A stretch of 64,000 bases of DNA from contig SVPU01000008.1 in the NCBI GenBank assembly GCA_015065685.1, forward strand, positions 6,769 to 70,768. The letters run 5' to 3'. Each line of letters begins with the position of its first letter. Position 1 is the stretch's first letter. A program made the translations under genes and the position numbers. Under the pieces are notes generated by a model, which saw only the letters and a program-made list of their open reading frames with translations, was not told where the DNA came from and ran no database searches. This document shows positions 43,955 to 54,384 of this stretch, one piece after another. This DNA is from Oscillospiraceae bacterium (GTDB lineage: Bacteria; Bacillota; Clostridia; Oscillospirales; Acutalibacteraceae).

Positions 43955-45403
43955 TTAGCATTGTTTTATAAGTCTTATATAAAATTCAACCGCTTTAAGC
44001 GCTGTTGAAACACGGATTCGCTCGTTGTTTCCGTGAATAGTAGCTCTTTCTTCACTTGTTAAATCCATAGCAGAGAATCTGTAAACCTTATCAGAAATTC
44101 TGCCGTAATGTCGGCTATCGGAGCACTGCACCATAAGATATGGTGAAACTATTGTGCCCTTCCAGGTTGAAGCCACTGCCGAAGCCACCTTTTCGAAAGC
44201 CTCGCAATTGGTTTCGGAAATTCGGCTTGGATTCATTCCATGCAAGAGATTAACCTCAACCTTTTCGTTATCAATGGTTTTTCTTATATATTCCAAAGCG
44301 GAATCAATATTATCCTGCGGGTTAAGGCGCATATTAGAAACCATTGTGGCTTTAGGCGGAATAACGTTTGAAGCAGCACTGCCGCTCATCTGAGTGAATG
44401 CCACAGTTGTTCTCATTAACGCGTTAAGCTCTCCGCCGCTTTTCTTACAGATTAAATCCAAAACACCGCTAAATGCCCAAAGATTAGCAAAAATCATTCT
44501 ATAAAGGAAATTAGAATGTCTGCCAAGTGTATCAAACATTTCGGCAACAGGCTTTGTTAAATGCATTTTAAAGGGGTTATTTTCCATTTTGCAGCAAGCT
44601 GCAGAAAGCTCACCTACAGGTGTGTGAGGCTTTGGTGCCGAGGCATGACCGCCTGCCGATTTGCAGCTGTATTCAACATCCATCATACCCTTTTCGGCAA
44701 TGCCGATAAGGCCGCAAGGACTCGATACACCTGGGAAAACTCCCTCAACAACAGCTCCGCCCTCATCAACAACCAGCGCGGGCACAATTCCGTTTTCTTC
44801 GAAATAATCAACAATATTAACGGCTCCCTTTCCGTTAACCTCTTCCCCACCGGAAAATGCAAAATAAATATCATTCTCGGGAACAAAGCCTTTTGCTATT
44901 AAGGTGTCGGCAGAGAATAGAACGCCGTTGAATGTAACCTTTGTATCAAGAGTTCCTCTTCCCCAAATAACATTATCTTCCAAAATAGCCTCAAAGGGCG
45001 GTTTTTCCCACATTTCTTCATTAACGGGAACAACATCATAATGCGCCATCAAAACTGTCGGCTCATTATGGTTTCTGCCCTCCCATTTAAAAAGCAATGC
45101 ACGGTCCGCAAGCTCAGAAAAAGAGCATTTTGAAAAAACATTCGGATAAAGATAAGGCAAACGAGCAACCAGCTTTTGAAACTCTGCATCGTCTTCCTTG
45201 GAGGAATCCTTATAAGACACGGTCTTGCATCTTACAAGCTCTCTCAAACTTTCAATCGCCTTTTCATTATCAAACTCGATTTCTTCTTCGAAAATTTTAA
45301 CATTTTTCTTTGGTACGAATTTTAAAGTTCTTATAACTATCGTTAAAATAAACCCAAAAATAACTGCTGCCAATACAATTAAAATATAATCAAAAAATCC
45401 CAT
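43955..45403 (-). CDS. M20-family metallopeptidase with N-terminal TM anchor (carboxypeptidase S-like)
   Basis: N-terminal helix ILIVLAAVIFGFILTIVI. M20 motifs LMAHYDVVP, GRGTLDTK, GGEE. Dimerisation-domain insert. Confidence 0.8.
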   Translation of the reverse strand: MGFFDYILIVLAAVIFGFILTIVIRTLKFVPKKNVKIFEEEIEFDNEKAIESLRELVRCKTVSYKDSSKEDDAEFQKLVARLPYLYPNVFSKCSFSELADRALLFKWEGRNHNEPTVLMAHYDVVPVNEEMWEKPPFEAILEDNVIWGRGTLDTKVTFNGVLFSADTLIAKGFVPENDIYFAFSGGEEVNGKGAVNIVDYFEENGIVPALVVDEGGAVVEGVFPGVSSPCGLIGIAEKGMMDVEYSCKSAGGHASAPKPHTPVGELSAACCKMENNPFKMHLTKPVAEMFDTLGRHSNFLYRMIFANLWAFSGVLDLICKKSGGELNALMRTTVAFTQMSGSAASNVIPPKATMVSNMRLNPQDNIDSALEYIRKTIDNEKVEVNLLHGMNPSRISETNCEAFEKVASAVASTWKGTIVSPYLMVQCSDSRHYGRISDKVYRFSAMDLTSEERATIHGNNERIRVSTALKAVEFYIRLIKQC

Positions 45404-45405
45404 AA

Positions 45406-46077
45406 TTAAAGCATACCCTTTTTATACATTATTCTTGCAACTAAAATGGTAAATAACACGCCAACAGGAACCATAATACCAACCGTGCCGCGATTAAGCT
45501 GTGGAACGAAGATAAATAAAATAAGCATTAAAATAACGGGTGCTATTGAAAGTTTTGCGTGTTTAGAAATGAAAACCACTGCAAGACCGCCGAAAAGCGC
45601 AGGCAAAATTAAATCAAACGCAGGCTCTAGCACAGGTGATTCAAGAATTGGAGTTAAAGGAACAATTAAAATTACACCAATAATAATTATAAATGTTGTT
45701 ACAATGCTTGAAACCGCTATTGAAATGGTTGAAATGATTTCGCCCTCTTCACTGCTAGGCTTCACATTGGCTCTTTCCATTGCATCAACCGCACACGGAA
45801 GCTTAAGATTTGAAATGTTACCTGTTACGAACGAAAGATAAGTTCCGCCCGCACCAAGCATTGGAACATAGGTGAAAATTTCAACCAATCCCACTGCCCA
45901 ATACATTGGAAGTGTTGCAAAAAGACCCTGTGCTAAGGGCTTCCACTGAGGAACAACATTAAAAATCAATGAAACTGCAAGTGGGAATATAAAAATCATA
46001 ACGCAGATAATAAGTCCCCAAATAAGACCGTCGCGATGAACGGATTCGAGATAATTTAAATTCTTTTTTGCTTTCAT
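45406..46077 (-). CDS. polytopic membrane protein, unknown function
   Basis: About six TM segments. Its ATG overlaps the upstream stop (TAATG), and it ends 2 nt before the M20 gene. Confidence 0.6.
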   Translation of the reverse strand: MKAKKNLNYLESVHRDGLIWGLIICVMIFIFPLAVSLIFNVVPQWKPLAQGLFATLPMYWAVGLVEIFTYVPMLGAGGTYLSFVTGNISNLKLPCAVDAMERANVKPSSEEGEIISTISIAVSSIVTTFIIIIGVILIVPLTPILESPVLEPAFDLILPALFGGLAVVFISKHAKLSIAPVILMLILFIFVPQLNRGTVGIMVPVGVLFTILVARIMYKKGML

Positions 46078-46826
46078 TATTTAATCACCTCATAACCCAA
46101 AATTTCAGCCAGCGGGATAGCCGCCGCCATTCCGCCTATAAGGCTTAATGGTAACGCATAATCGGTTAACCAACGCACTTTAAACTTCTTTGAAAGAATT
46201 CCGCAAATTGCCATTATAACCGCCGAAACAAGCATAACACAAACAGGTGTAAGACCTGCGGTACTTCCTTTAAAAACATCAGAAACATCGCAGAAAACAT
46301 AACCTAAAAATGCGGAAATCATACCGAGAAACATAGCATCGTTGAATATTTCTCCCCATTTTTTATCCTTCATTCCGATTTTGTTCATACCGCCCTGAAT
46401 TTTCTTTGTGATAAGCGGAACTAAAATGAGGCCTATTGCAATTCCCAATGTCATAACCCAAAGCACAGTAACATAAAGCGAAGCATCCGTAACGGTTGAG
46501 CCCGCACCAACACCTGCCGCAGTTAATGCATTGTTAGCCGCAACGGTTTCATATGTAATAGAGCCTATAACCGAGAGTCTGAGCCACGGCAAAGCAATAC
46601 CAAGGCTTTTTGAGAGTGCCACAACACCAACCAAAACCGCTATTGCGGGGGCAATTGTAAACACAGCCGATGAAGTGATTGTTTTTTTAACTGTTGATGA
46701 TGCAATACCGATTTCTTTAGCGCGTTTCATCGCTTTAATTAAAAAGAAAACCGACTGAGCCAAAACAGTTAAAATGATTGCGCCAACAATGACAAAAAGA
46801 ATTGGATGGTTAACATTAAAATCCAT
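46077..46826 (-). CDS. polytopic membrane protein, unknown function
   Basis: About six or seven TM segments. It starts 12 nt after the pdxK stop. Confidence 0.6.
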   Translation of the reverse strand: MDFNVNHPILFVIVGAIILTVLAQSVFFLIKAMKRAKEIGIASSTVKKTITSSAVFTIAPAIAVLVGVVALSKSLGIALPWLRLSVIGSITYETVAANNALTAAGVGAGSTVTDASLYVTVLWVMTLGIAIGLILVPLITKKIQGGMNKIGMKDKKWGEIFNDAMFLGMISAFLGYVFCDVSDVFKGSTAGLTPVCVMLVSAVIMAICGILSKKFKVRWLTDYALPLSLIGGMAAAIPLAEILGYEVIK

Positions 46827-46838
46827 TTTTACATCTCC

Positions 46839-47678
46839 TTATAAATTTTCTAAGTATTTAAGCAAATGTGGTATATTTTCTTCAAAATTAACACCATAAC
46901 GCTTGTCGCTTTTTTGCAAGGTGGTTTGCTTAATGCAAAGTGAAACAAAGTTAACAGCAATCTGAGCAGATGCTTTAATGCTTCTGCCGTGCAGAATTGA
47001 TGCACCCAGCACACTTGCAAAAATATCACCTGTGCTATGGAAAGAAACGGGTTGTTTTTCGGCAAAAACATATGAGATTTCACCCTCTTCGAAAATCGCC
47101 ACACCAATTTTCCTCTCATCAAAAGAAACACCTGTTAAGATTATTTTTGCATTTGTGAGCGAATAAAGTTTATTAAGCAATTTTTCTATATAATCTTGGC
47201 CATAGTCTTTATCTTTAAAGGCAATTCCCGTGAGCAAACAAGCCTCTGTGATATTGGGCGTTATAATGTCTGCCTTTTGGCAAAGTCTTAGCATATAACT
47301 AACGTAACTCAAAGAAAAACCGCTATAAAGTTCGCCGTTATCACCCATAACCGGGTCGGTTATAAGCAGATTGGAATCGGTTTTGATATGTTCTAAAGCC
47401 GAAATAACCGCACACACCTGAGTAGGACCGCACAAATAACCCGTATAAATAGCATCAAAATCAATGTTTTCGCTTTTCCAATGCTCTGCGATGGGTTCAA
47501 TATCCTGTGTTAAATCGTGAAAGGTCTGATTTTTAAAACCGCCTGTGTGGGTTGAAAGAACTGCAGTTGGAATAACCGAAGTTTGAATTCCTGTTGCCGA
47601 AAGCAGCGGCAACGCCACCGTGAGAGAACATCTGCCAAAACACGATATATCGTGTATTGCAACGATTTTTTTCTGCAC
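46839..47678 (-). CDS. pdxK: pyridoxamine/pyridoxal kinase
   Basis: N-terminus KKIVAIHDISCFGRCSLTVALPLLSATG, and a ribokinase-fold tail with STGDIFAS. Confidence 0.8.
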   Translation of the reverse strand: MQKKIVAIHDISCFGRCSLTVALPLLSATGIQTSVIPTAVLSTHTGGFKNQTFHDLTQDIEPIAEHWKSENIDFDAIYTGYLCGPTQVCAVISALEHIKTDSNLLITDPVMGDNGELYSGFSLSYVSYMLRLCQKADIITPNITEACLLTGIAFKDKDYGQDYIEKLLNKLYSLTNAKIILTGVSFDERKIGVAIFEEGEISYVFAEKQPVSFHSTGDIFASVLGASILHGRSIKASAQIAVNFVSLCIKQTTLQKSDKRYGVNFEENIPHLLKYLENL

Positions 47679-47685
47679 TCAAAAA

Positions 47686-48330
47686 TCATCCTTTCTTTTT
47701 ATTTTTGCAAATATCACTTAAAACACAAATTTCACATTTGGGATTTCTTGCCACACAAATATCTCTGCCAAAAAGCACAGTTCTGTGACAAAAATCATTT
47801 GATTTTTCGGGTGGCAAAAGTTTTCGCATTGCCATTTCAACCGAAAGCGGATTTTCTGTTTTAACAAAACCCAATCTGTTCATAATTCGGATAAAATGAG
47901 TGTCTGTAACCACGGCGGGTTTTTTATAAATATCACCGCACACAAGATTTGCGGTTTTTCTGCCCACACCCGAAAGGGTTGTTAGCTCTTCTATAGTGTC
48001 AGGCACAACACCGCCAAAATCAGACATTAATTTTTGAGCGATAAGAATTAAATCTTTTGCCTTGGTTTTATATAACCCACAAGTTTTTATGAGTTCCTCT
48101 ACCCTGTTTATATTTGCAACTGCCATTTTTTGCGGTGTTGGAAACTCTTTAAATAAATCGGGTGTTACCATATTAACCCGCTTATCTGTGCACTGAGCCG
48201 AAAGCCTTGTTGCGATGAGCAACTGAAAGGCATCTGTATACTCGAGTGAACAAATTGCATCGGGATATAATTCTTCTAATCTTTCAACCGCGGCTATAAC
48301 TCGTTCTTTTTTAAGCATTGGCAGCCTCAA
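47686..48330 (-). CDS. nth: endonuclease III
   Basis: HhH-GPD motif LSGVGRKTANLV and a 4Fe-4S cluster loop C.ARNPKCEIC.LSDIC. Confidence 0.92.
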   Translation of the reverse strand: MRLPMLKKERVIAAVERLEELYPDAICSLEYTDAFQLLIATRLSAQCTDKRVNMVTPDLFKEFPTPQKMAVANINRVEELIKTCGLYKTKAKDLILIAQKLMSDFGGVVPDTIEELTTLSGVGRKTANLVCGDIYKKPAVVTDTHFIRIMNRLGFVKTENPLSVEMAMRKLLPPEKSNDFCHRTVLFGRDICVARNPKCEICVLSDICKNKKKG

Positions 48331-49363
48331 GTTTTAAATCATTTGGTTTAATAAGTTTGAGTTTTCTCATTCCCTCTGCTATTGCGAGTGTTACTACCGC
48401 GGGAAGAACAAAATGCATAACAACGATTTCTAAAATTGTGATAATGGGTGAAACACCGTTTGCAATCATACTGTCATACGCCATAAACTGACCCACAAGA
48501 CCCGCAGAGCCCATACCCGAGCCCACGGGGTTACTCACCATTTTTAGAACCGCAGAAGAAACAGGACCCAAAATTGCACTCGAAATTATTGAAGGCAACC
48601 AAATAAGCGGATTTCTGACAATGTTTGGAACCTGAAGCATTGAAGTTCCAAGTCCCTGCGCGATAAGACCGCCGAATTTATTCTCGCGATAACTGATAAC
48701 TGCAAAACCAACCATATTACAGCAACAACCAATTGTTGCGGCACCCGCAGCAAGACCTGTAATACCCATAGAAACACCGATAGCCGCCGAAGAAATCGGC
48801 AAGGTAAGAATAATACCCATAAGCACAGAAACCGCCATACCGCCCAAAATTGGGTATTTCGCAACATTAACATTAACTAAATTTCCAAGCCACATCATAG
48901 CGGTTGAAATATAAGGTCCAACAAAGTAGCCCGCAAAAGCACCCGACAAAATACAGCAAATCGGAGTTACGATTATATCAACCTTTGTTTTGCCTGCCAC
49001 CAATGCGCCGATTTCGATTGCCACATAAGCGGCAATGAAGGCGCCCAAGGGCTCACCGGGAGTGCCAATCTTGAAAGCTTCATTAAGAAGATTTGGAAAA
49101 GCACCAATCATACCGCAAACTGCAGCAGAAACGGTTGTGAGCGGCGAAGATTTGAGTTTGCAAGCAACACCGACACCGATACCTGCACCTGTCAGAGTTT
49201 TAGCAACACTGCCCATTGCGTTCAAATAATCGGCAACTATATTAGCACCTAAAAGCTTTGCTATCTGGCAAATAATGGTGCCGATAATAAGTGTTGAAAA
49301 TAGTCCATACGCCATACCTGAGAGTCCATCAATAAAAACTCTGTTTAAATACTTTTTAACCAT
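48311..49363 (-). CDS. PTS EIIC-like membrane protein (stand-alone EIIC_2 type)
   Basis: Start ATG 49363 with GGAGGA upstream. Gly/Ala-rich with about 10 TM segments. N-terminus KKYLNRVFIDGLSGMAYGLF recalls the orphan EIIC-like family. No EIIA or EIIB gene lies nearby. Confidence 0.6.
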   Translation of the reverse strand: MVKKYLNRVFIDGLSGMAYGLFSTLIIGTIICQIAKLLGANIVADYLNAMGSVAKTLTGAGIGVGVACKLKSSPLTTVSAAVCGMIGAFPNLLNEAFKIGTPGEPLGAFIAAYVAIEIGALVAGKTKVDIIVTPICCILSGAFAGYFVGPYISTAMMWLGNLVNVNVAKYPILGGMAVSVLMGIILTLPISSAAIGVSMGITGLAAGAATIGCCCNMVGFAVISYRENKFGGLIAQGLGTSMLQVPNIVRNPLIWLPSIISSAILGPVSSAVLKMVSNPVGSGMGSAGLVGQFMAYDSMIANGVSPIITILEIVVMHFVLPAVVTLAIAEGMRKLKLIKPNDLKLEAANA

Positions 49364-49496
49364 TTTAACTTCCTCCAAATTGGTTTTTCTTGTAGATAAT
49401 TATACATTAAAAATATTTTTTTTACAATAGTGTATAACATTTTTTTAACTAGAAACAATAATAAAATAAAAAATTTTTGGCTAAAGAGGTTTTATT

Positions 49497-50477
49497 ATGA
49501 AAACTGTTGCTTTTTTTGACACAAAATCTTATGACAGAGAAAGCTTTAAAAAATTCCAAGACCCCGATATAAATATTCGGTTTTTCGAAAACAAACTCAA
49601 TTCCGATACCGTTAGTATGGCGGCTTGTTGCGATGCGGTTTGCGCCTTTGTTAATGATGATATTAACAGTTTTGTTTTAGAAAAATTAGAAAGTTACGGG
49701 GTGGGACTTGTAGCGCTTCGCTGTGCGGGTTACAACAATGTTGACCTTAAAACCGCCCGTGGCAGAGTTCATATTGTGCGTGTTCCCTCTTATTCGCCCT
49801 ATGCTATTGCAGAACATTCGATGGGAATGATTTTATTACTCAACAGAAAACTTCACCGCGCTTATATCAGAACGCGCGACCATAACTTTTCACTTGAGGG
49901 ACTTACTGGGTTTGACCTTAATCAAAAAACCGTTGGTATTATAGGAACGGGTAAAATAGGTTTGACCTTTTCGGAAATCTGTCAAGGATTCAGTATGGAT
50001 ATATTAGGTTATGACCCATATAAAAACAATGATTTTAAGGGTAAATATGTGTCGCTTGATGAACTTTTAGAAAGTAGTGACATTATTTCTTTACATTGTC
50101 CCCTCACAAAAGAAAATAAGCATTTAATTAACGATAAAACCATCGAAAAAATGAAAAACGGGGTTTTTATTATCAACACTTCGCGCGGACAGCTGATTGA
50201 TACCCAAAGTTTAATCAACGGCCTTAAAAGCGGAAAAGTAGCAGCGGCAGGACTTGATGTTTACGAAGAAGAAACTGCTCTTTTCTTTGAGGATTTTTCT
50301 GATGAAGTTATCCACGACGACACCCTTTCCACCCTCATTTCAATGCCAAATGTAATAGTGACCTCACATCAGGCGTTCTTGACCAAAGAAGCTCTTTATG
50401 CAATCGCAGAAACCACAATGAAAAATTTAAAGAGTTATTTTGACGGTGAGGAACTCCAAAATGAGATTTCGGTATAG
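49497..50477 (+). CDS. ldhA: D-isomer-specific 2-hydroxyacid dehydrogenase (D-lactate dehydrogenase-like)
   Basis: N-terminus KTVAFFDTKSYD, NAD motif GIIGTGKIG, and catalytic R/E/H context (NTSRG, TSHQAF). Confidence 0.8.
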   Translation: MKTVAFFDTKSYDRESFKKFQDPDINIRFFENKLNSDTVSMAACCDAVCAFVNDDINSFVLEKLESYGVGLVALRCAGYNNVDLKTARGRVHIVRVPSYSPYAIAEHSMGMILLLNRKLHRAYIRTRDHNFSLEGLTGFDLNQKTVGIIGTGKIGLTFSEICQGFSMDILGYDPYKNNDFKGKYVSLDELLESSDIISLHCPLTKENKHLINDKTIEKMKNGVFIINTSRGQLIDTQSLINGLKSGKVAAAGLDVYEEETALFFEDFSDEVIHDDTLSTLISMPNVIVTSHQAFLTKEALYAIAETTMKNLKSYFDGEELQNEISV

Positions 50478-50525
50478 ACTTGTATTTTAATTACTTCTAT
50501 GGTATACTTTATTTGGTGATTTTTA

Positions 50526-51194
50526 ATGACAAAAATTTATCTCGTGCGGCATTGCGAGGCTATCGGTAATGTTACTGATATTTTCCAAGGAGTTACCGAC
50601 CTTGATATAACCGAACTCGGCGAGAAACAACTTAAATTTTTAAAAGAGCGCTTCGAAAACATTCAACTTGACTGTGTTTATTCAAGTCCTCTTATAAGAA
50701 CGCGAAAAACCGCCAATGCGATTATCGGAAACAAATCCCTTTCTGCTAAAATTGAAAAAGGGCTCATAGAGATTGACGGCGGAGTTATCGAGGGAAAAAA
50801 CTATAACGATGTTTTTTCAAACAATCGTGAACTTGCAGAAACTTGGCTTAACAAACCGCAAGATTTTCTTCCAGAAGGCGGTGAAAGCACAAGAGATGCT
50901 TATGAGCGTATTTGGAAAACGGTAAAGCAAATCGCATCTGAAAATAAAGGGAAAACCGTTGCATGTGCCACACACGGCGGTGTTATGCGTTGTCTTATTT
51001 GCAGATTATTAAACGGCGATATCGAACATCTTAAAGACACTCCTTTTCACGAAAACACAGGAGTAACCTTAATAGAATTTGATGACAACCTAAACGCCAA
51101 TCTTGTTTTTTACAATGATTTTTCTCATCTCCCCAGTGAATTTATAGGTAAAAAGAAAAAAACGCTGAACCGTTTTATAGAGGTAAAAAAATGA
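50526..51194 (+). CDS. histidine phosphatase family protein (phosphoglycerate mutase-like)
   Basis: IYLVRHCEAIGN (RHG-type motif) and a C-terminal ATHGGV. Confidence 0.8.
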   Translation: MTKIYLVRHCEAIGNVTDIFQGVTDLDITELGEKQLKFLKERFENIQLDCVYSSPLIRTRKTANAIIGNKSLSAKIEKGLIEIDGGVIEGKNYNDVFSNNRELAETWLNKPQDFLPEGGESTRDAYERIWKTVKQIASENKGKTVACATHGGVMRCLICRLLNGDIEHLKDTPFHENTGVTLIEFDDNLNANLVFYNDFSHLPSEFIGKKKKTLNRFIEVKK

Positions 51195-51607
51195 TAATTA
51201 TGTCTGTTGATTTAGGTAAAGCGCGAACAGGAATTGCCGTTAGTGATAACGGTGAAAATTTTGCTTTCCCTAAGGGTGTTATAACCGAATATAACACCGA
51301 AAAGTTAGTTGAAAAGCTCTGCCTTGCCATAGATGAGCATAATGCTGAGCGTGTTATCGTGGGGTATCCTAAGAATATGGACGGTTCTGTGGGCAGCAGA
51401 GCCCAAGAATGTGCTGAAATTGCAGAACTCATTAAAGAAAAAAGCGGCAAAGAAGTGGTTTTATGGGATGAACGCTGCACTACTATTTCCGCACACACTG
51501 CACTTAATTTTACCGATACACGCGGTAAGAAGCGCAAACAAATTGTTGATGCCGTTGCCGCAGTGATTATTCTTGAAGATTATTTAAGATTTTTGAAAAC
51601 GAAATAA
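51191..51607 (+). CDS. ruvX: Holliday junction resolvase-like / pre-16S rRNA nuclease YqgF
   Basis: SVDLGKARTGIAVSD and VVGYPKNMDGS, typical of RuvX. Confidence 0.88.
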   Translation: MIIMSVDLGKARTGIAVSDNGENFAFPKGVITEYNTEKLVEKLCLAIDEHNAERVIVGYPKNMDGSVGSRAQECAEIAELIKEKSGKEVVLWDERCTTISAHTALNFTDTRGKKRKQIVDAVAAVIILEDYLRFLKTK

Positions 51608-51734
51608 TAAGATTTTAAAAAATAATTGATAAGTTGATTATTGTTAATTTATTGATTATTTTTTTAATATTAATAATTTGTTATTATTTTCCTTGTATAC
51701 TAACTATAGGCTATCTTAGAGAAAGGGAGTTTCT

Positions 51735-54347
51735 ATGTTAAAACTTCAAAATATTGTTAAGAAATACCGCACAGGCGATACCGTGGTAGAAGCACTTAAA
51801 GGTGTGAATATTGAATTCAGAAAAAATGAATTTGTATCTATTTTAGGTCAATCAGGTTGCGGTAAAACCACACTGCTTAATATCATCGGCGGACTTGACC
51901 GTTATACCGATGGTAATTTGTTTATAAACGGTAAATCCACAAAGCTATATAATGATAAGGACTGGGATAATTACCGCAACCACACAATAGGCTTTATTTT
52001 CCAAAGCTATAACCTTATCCCCCACCAAACCGTGCTTTCAAATGTTGAATTAGCATTAACTCTTTCGGGTGTTTCTAAGTCCGAGCGCAGAAAACGCGCA
52101 ACCGAAGCACTTAGCAAGGTAGGGCTTCTCGACCAACTAAATAAAAAGCCCAACCAAATGTCGGGCGGTCAGATGCAAAGAGTTGCCATTGCAAGAGCGC
52201 TTGTTAACAATCCCGATATTTTACTTGCCGATGAGCCAACCGGTGCGCTTGACAGTGAAACATCGCTTCAGATTATGGCGCTTTTGAAAGAAATTGCTAA
52301 AGACAGACTCGTAATTATGGTGACACATAACCCGGATTTAGCAGCGGAATATTCCACAAGAATTGTTCGTTTACTTGATGGCAGAGTTATTGATGATACT
52401 ATGCCTTACAAGGAAGAATTCCTAGAGCAAAAAGAAACCAAAACAGTTAAGAAACCCTCAATGTCATTCACAACTGCGCTTTCTTTGTCATTCAATAACC
52501 TTTTAACCAAGAAAACACGAACTTTCCTCACCTCTTTTGCGGGTTCTATCGGAATTATCGGTATTGCGCTGATACTTGCCCTTTCAAGCGGTGTTAATGC
52601 CTTTATTGAACAGGTCGAAGAAGAAACCCTTTCGAGTTATCCAATCACCATTGAACAAGCAGGCATAGATATGTCGGGTATGGCAGACAGTTTAATGGGT
52701 GATATCGATAAGGATAAAGAATTTGACCAAAACAAAATTCACTCCAACAATATTATGACCGAAATGATGTCAACCATGGTGAACGGTATTTCGGTTAATA
52801 ACCTTAAACTCTTCAAGGAGCATATTGAAGCCACTCCTGAATTCAAAGAATTTGCAAGTGATATCCAATATGTTTACAACACACCGATGAATATCTACAC
52901 CGAAGACGGTGAACACATTAACCCAAATCAGATTTTCAACACAATAAACAAAAGTCTCGGTATGGGTGAAACAAGTTCTTCGGTGATGTATAGCCCTATT
53001 ATGAGTAATACTGAAATATGGCATCAGTTGTTTGAAAACGAAGAACTTCTCGAAAGGCAATATAAGGTCATTGCGGGTAAAATGCCTAAAGCATATAACG
53101 AAGTTGTGCTTGTTGTAAACAAAAATAATCAGATAAGTGATTATACGCTTTATTCATTGGGTCTTAAAGATTCAGCCGAACTTGAAGAAATGATGGAAAA
53201 GGCGAAAAAAGGCGAAAAAATTGAAGCAACCGAAGAAACCTCTTATACCTTTGATGAAATTTTAAAATTGAAATTCAAGCTATTGGTTAACACTGATTAT
53301 TTTGAAAAAAATGCAAACGGAACCTGGTCTGATAAAACCCGCGATGATTTATATATTCAGTCGCAATTAGCCAATTGCGAAGAAATCAAGGTTGTGGGTA
53401 TTTTAAGACCCTCCGAAAACGCCGTTAACGATCAGACAAGCGGATTTGTGGGTTACAAAAGAGAGCTTATGGAAAAGCTTATCAATTCGGTTAACGACAG
53501 TGAGATTGTAAAGCAGCAAAAAGAAAACGCCGAAATCAACGTTTTAACCGGTAGACCTTTTACAAACAACTATGATGATATGACCTATCCGCAGCTTATC
53601 GGTTATATCTCTACCCTACCCGAGCAAGAGCAACAACAATATAACCTTTATGTTGAAGGAATGAAACAGCAAGGCAAAACCGAAGATGAAATTTTAAACA
53701 CCTTTAAAACCGCCTTTTCAAGCCAAAGCAACGAGGCAACTTATGAAAGCAACCTTACTTCTTTTGGTGTTTCGGATTTAAGCAATCCCGTAACCATTAA
53801 TATTTATCCCAAAGATTTTGAACTGAAAGATTCCTTGACAGATTTAATTGATAAATACAACGAAAAAGCAGATGAAAGCGAACAGATTAACTTCACCGAC
53901 TATGTTGGTCTTATGATGTCATCTATCACCACAATAATTAATGCTATTAGTTATATTTTAATTGCATTTGTCAGTATCTCACTTATTGTTTCTTCAATTA
54001 TGATTGGAATTATAACCTATATTTCGGTGCTTGAAAGAACGAAAGAAATCGGTATTTTACGGGCAATGGGTGCTTCTAAACGCGATATTTCGCGTGTGTT
54101 CAATGCCGAGACCTTAATTGTCGGATTTGGTGCGGGTGCGCTTGGAATTGTGGTAACGCTTCTGTTGCTCATACCAATCAATGCTATAATAAAATCATTA
54201 ACGAGCATCGGCGGTTTGGCGGCCCTCCCCTATAACGGCGCAGTAATACTTGTAATTATCAGTATGTTACTGACCTTTGTCGCAGGTCTTATCCCATCAA
54301 AGATAGCGGCTAAAAAAGACCCCGTAACAGCACTTAGAACTGAATAA
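51735..54347 (+). CDS. fused ABC ATPase / FtsX-type permease (MacB-like) with a very large extracytoplasmic domain
   Basis: N-terminal ATPase (GQSGCGKTT, MSGGQMQRVAIARAL). TM1 is at about residue 265. About 440 aa of soluble sequence follow, then three C-terminal TM segments with the FtsX pattern (ILRAMGASKRDI). Confidence 0.88.
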   Translation: MLKLQNIVKKYRTGDTVVEALKGVNIEFRKNEFVSILGQSGCGKTTLLNIIGGLDRYTDGNLFINGKSTKLYNDKDWDNYRNHTIGFIFQSYNLIPHQTVLSNVELALTLSGVSKSERRKRATEALSKVGLLDQLNKKPNQMSGGQMQRVAIARALVNNPDILLADEPTGALDSETSLQIMALLKEIAKDRLVIMVTHNPDLAAEYSTRIVRLLDGRVIDDTMPYKEEFLEQKETKTVKKPSMSFTTALSLSFNNLLTKKTRTFLTSFAGSIGIIGIALILALSSGVNAFIEQVEEETLSSYPITIEQAGIDMSGMADSLMGDIDKDKEFDQNKIHSNNIMTEMMSTMVNGISVNNLKLFKEHIEATPEFKEFASDIQYVYNTPMNIYTEDGEHINPNQIFNTINKSLGMGETSSSVMYSPIMSNTEIWHQLFENEELLERQYKVIAGKMPKAYNEVVLVVNKNNQISDYTLYSLGLKDSAELEEMMEKAKKGEKIEATEETSYTFDEILKLKFKLLVNTDYFEKNANGTWSDKTRDDLYIQSQLANCEEIKVVGILRPSENAVNDQTSGFVGYKRELMEKLINSVNDSEIVKQQKENAEINVLTGRPFTNNYDDMTYPQLIGYISTLPEQEQQQYNLYVEGMKQQGKTEDEILNTFKTAFSSQSNEATYESNLTSFGVSDLSNPVTINIYPKDFELKDSLTDLIDKYNEKADESEQINFTDYVGLMMSSITTIINAISYILIAFVSISLIVSSIMIGIITYISVLERTKEIGILRAMGASKRDISRVFNAETLIVGFGAGALGIVVTLLLLIPINAIIKSLTSIGGLAALPYNGAVILVIISMLLTFVAGLIPSKIAAKKDPVTALRTE

Positions 54348-54353
54348 AAAATT

Positions 54354-54384
54354 AAGCCTCCGCAAAAGCGGAGGCTATTTTTTT
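54354..54384. terminator. bidirectional terminator
   Basis: agcctccgc-aaaa-gcggaggct followed by attttttt. Confidence 0.8.
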
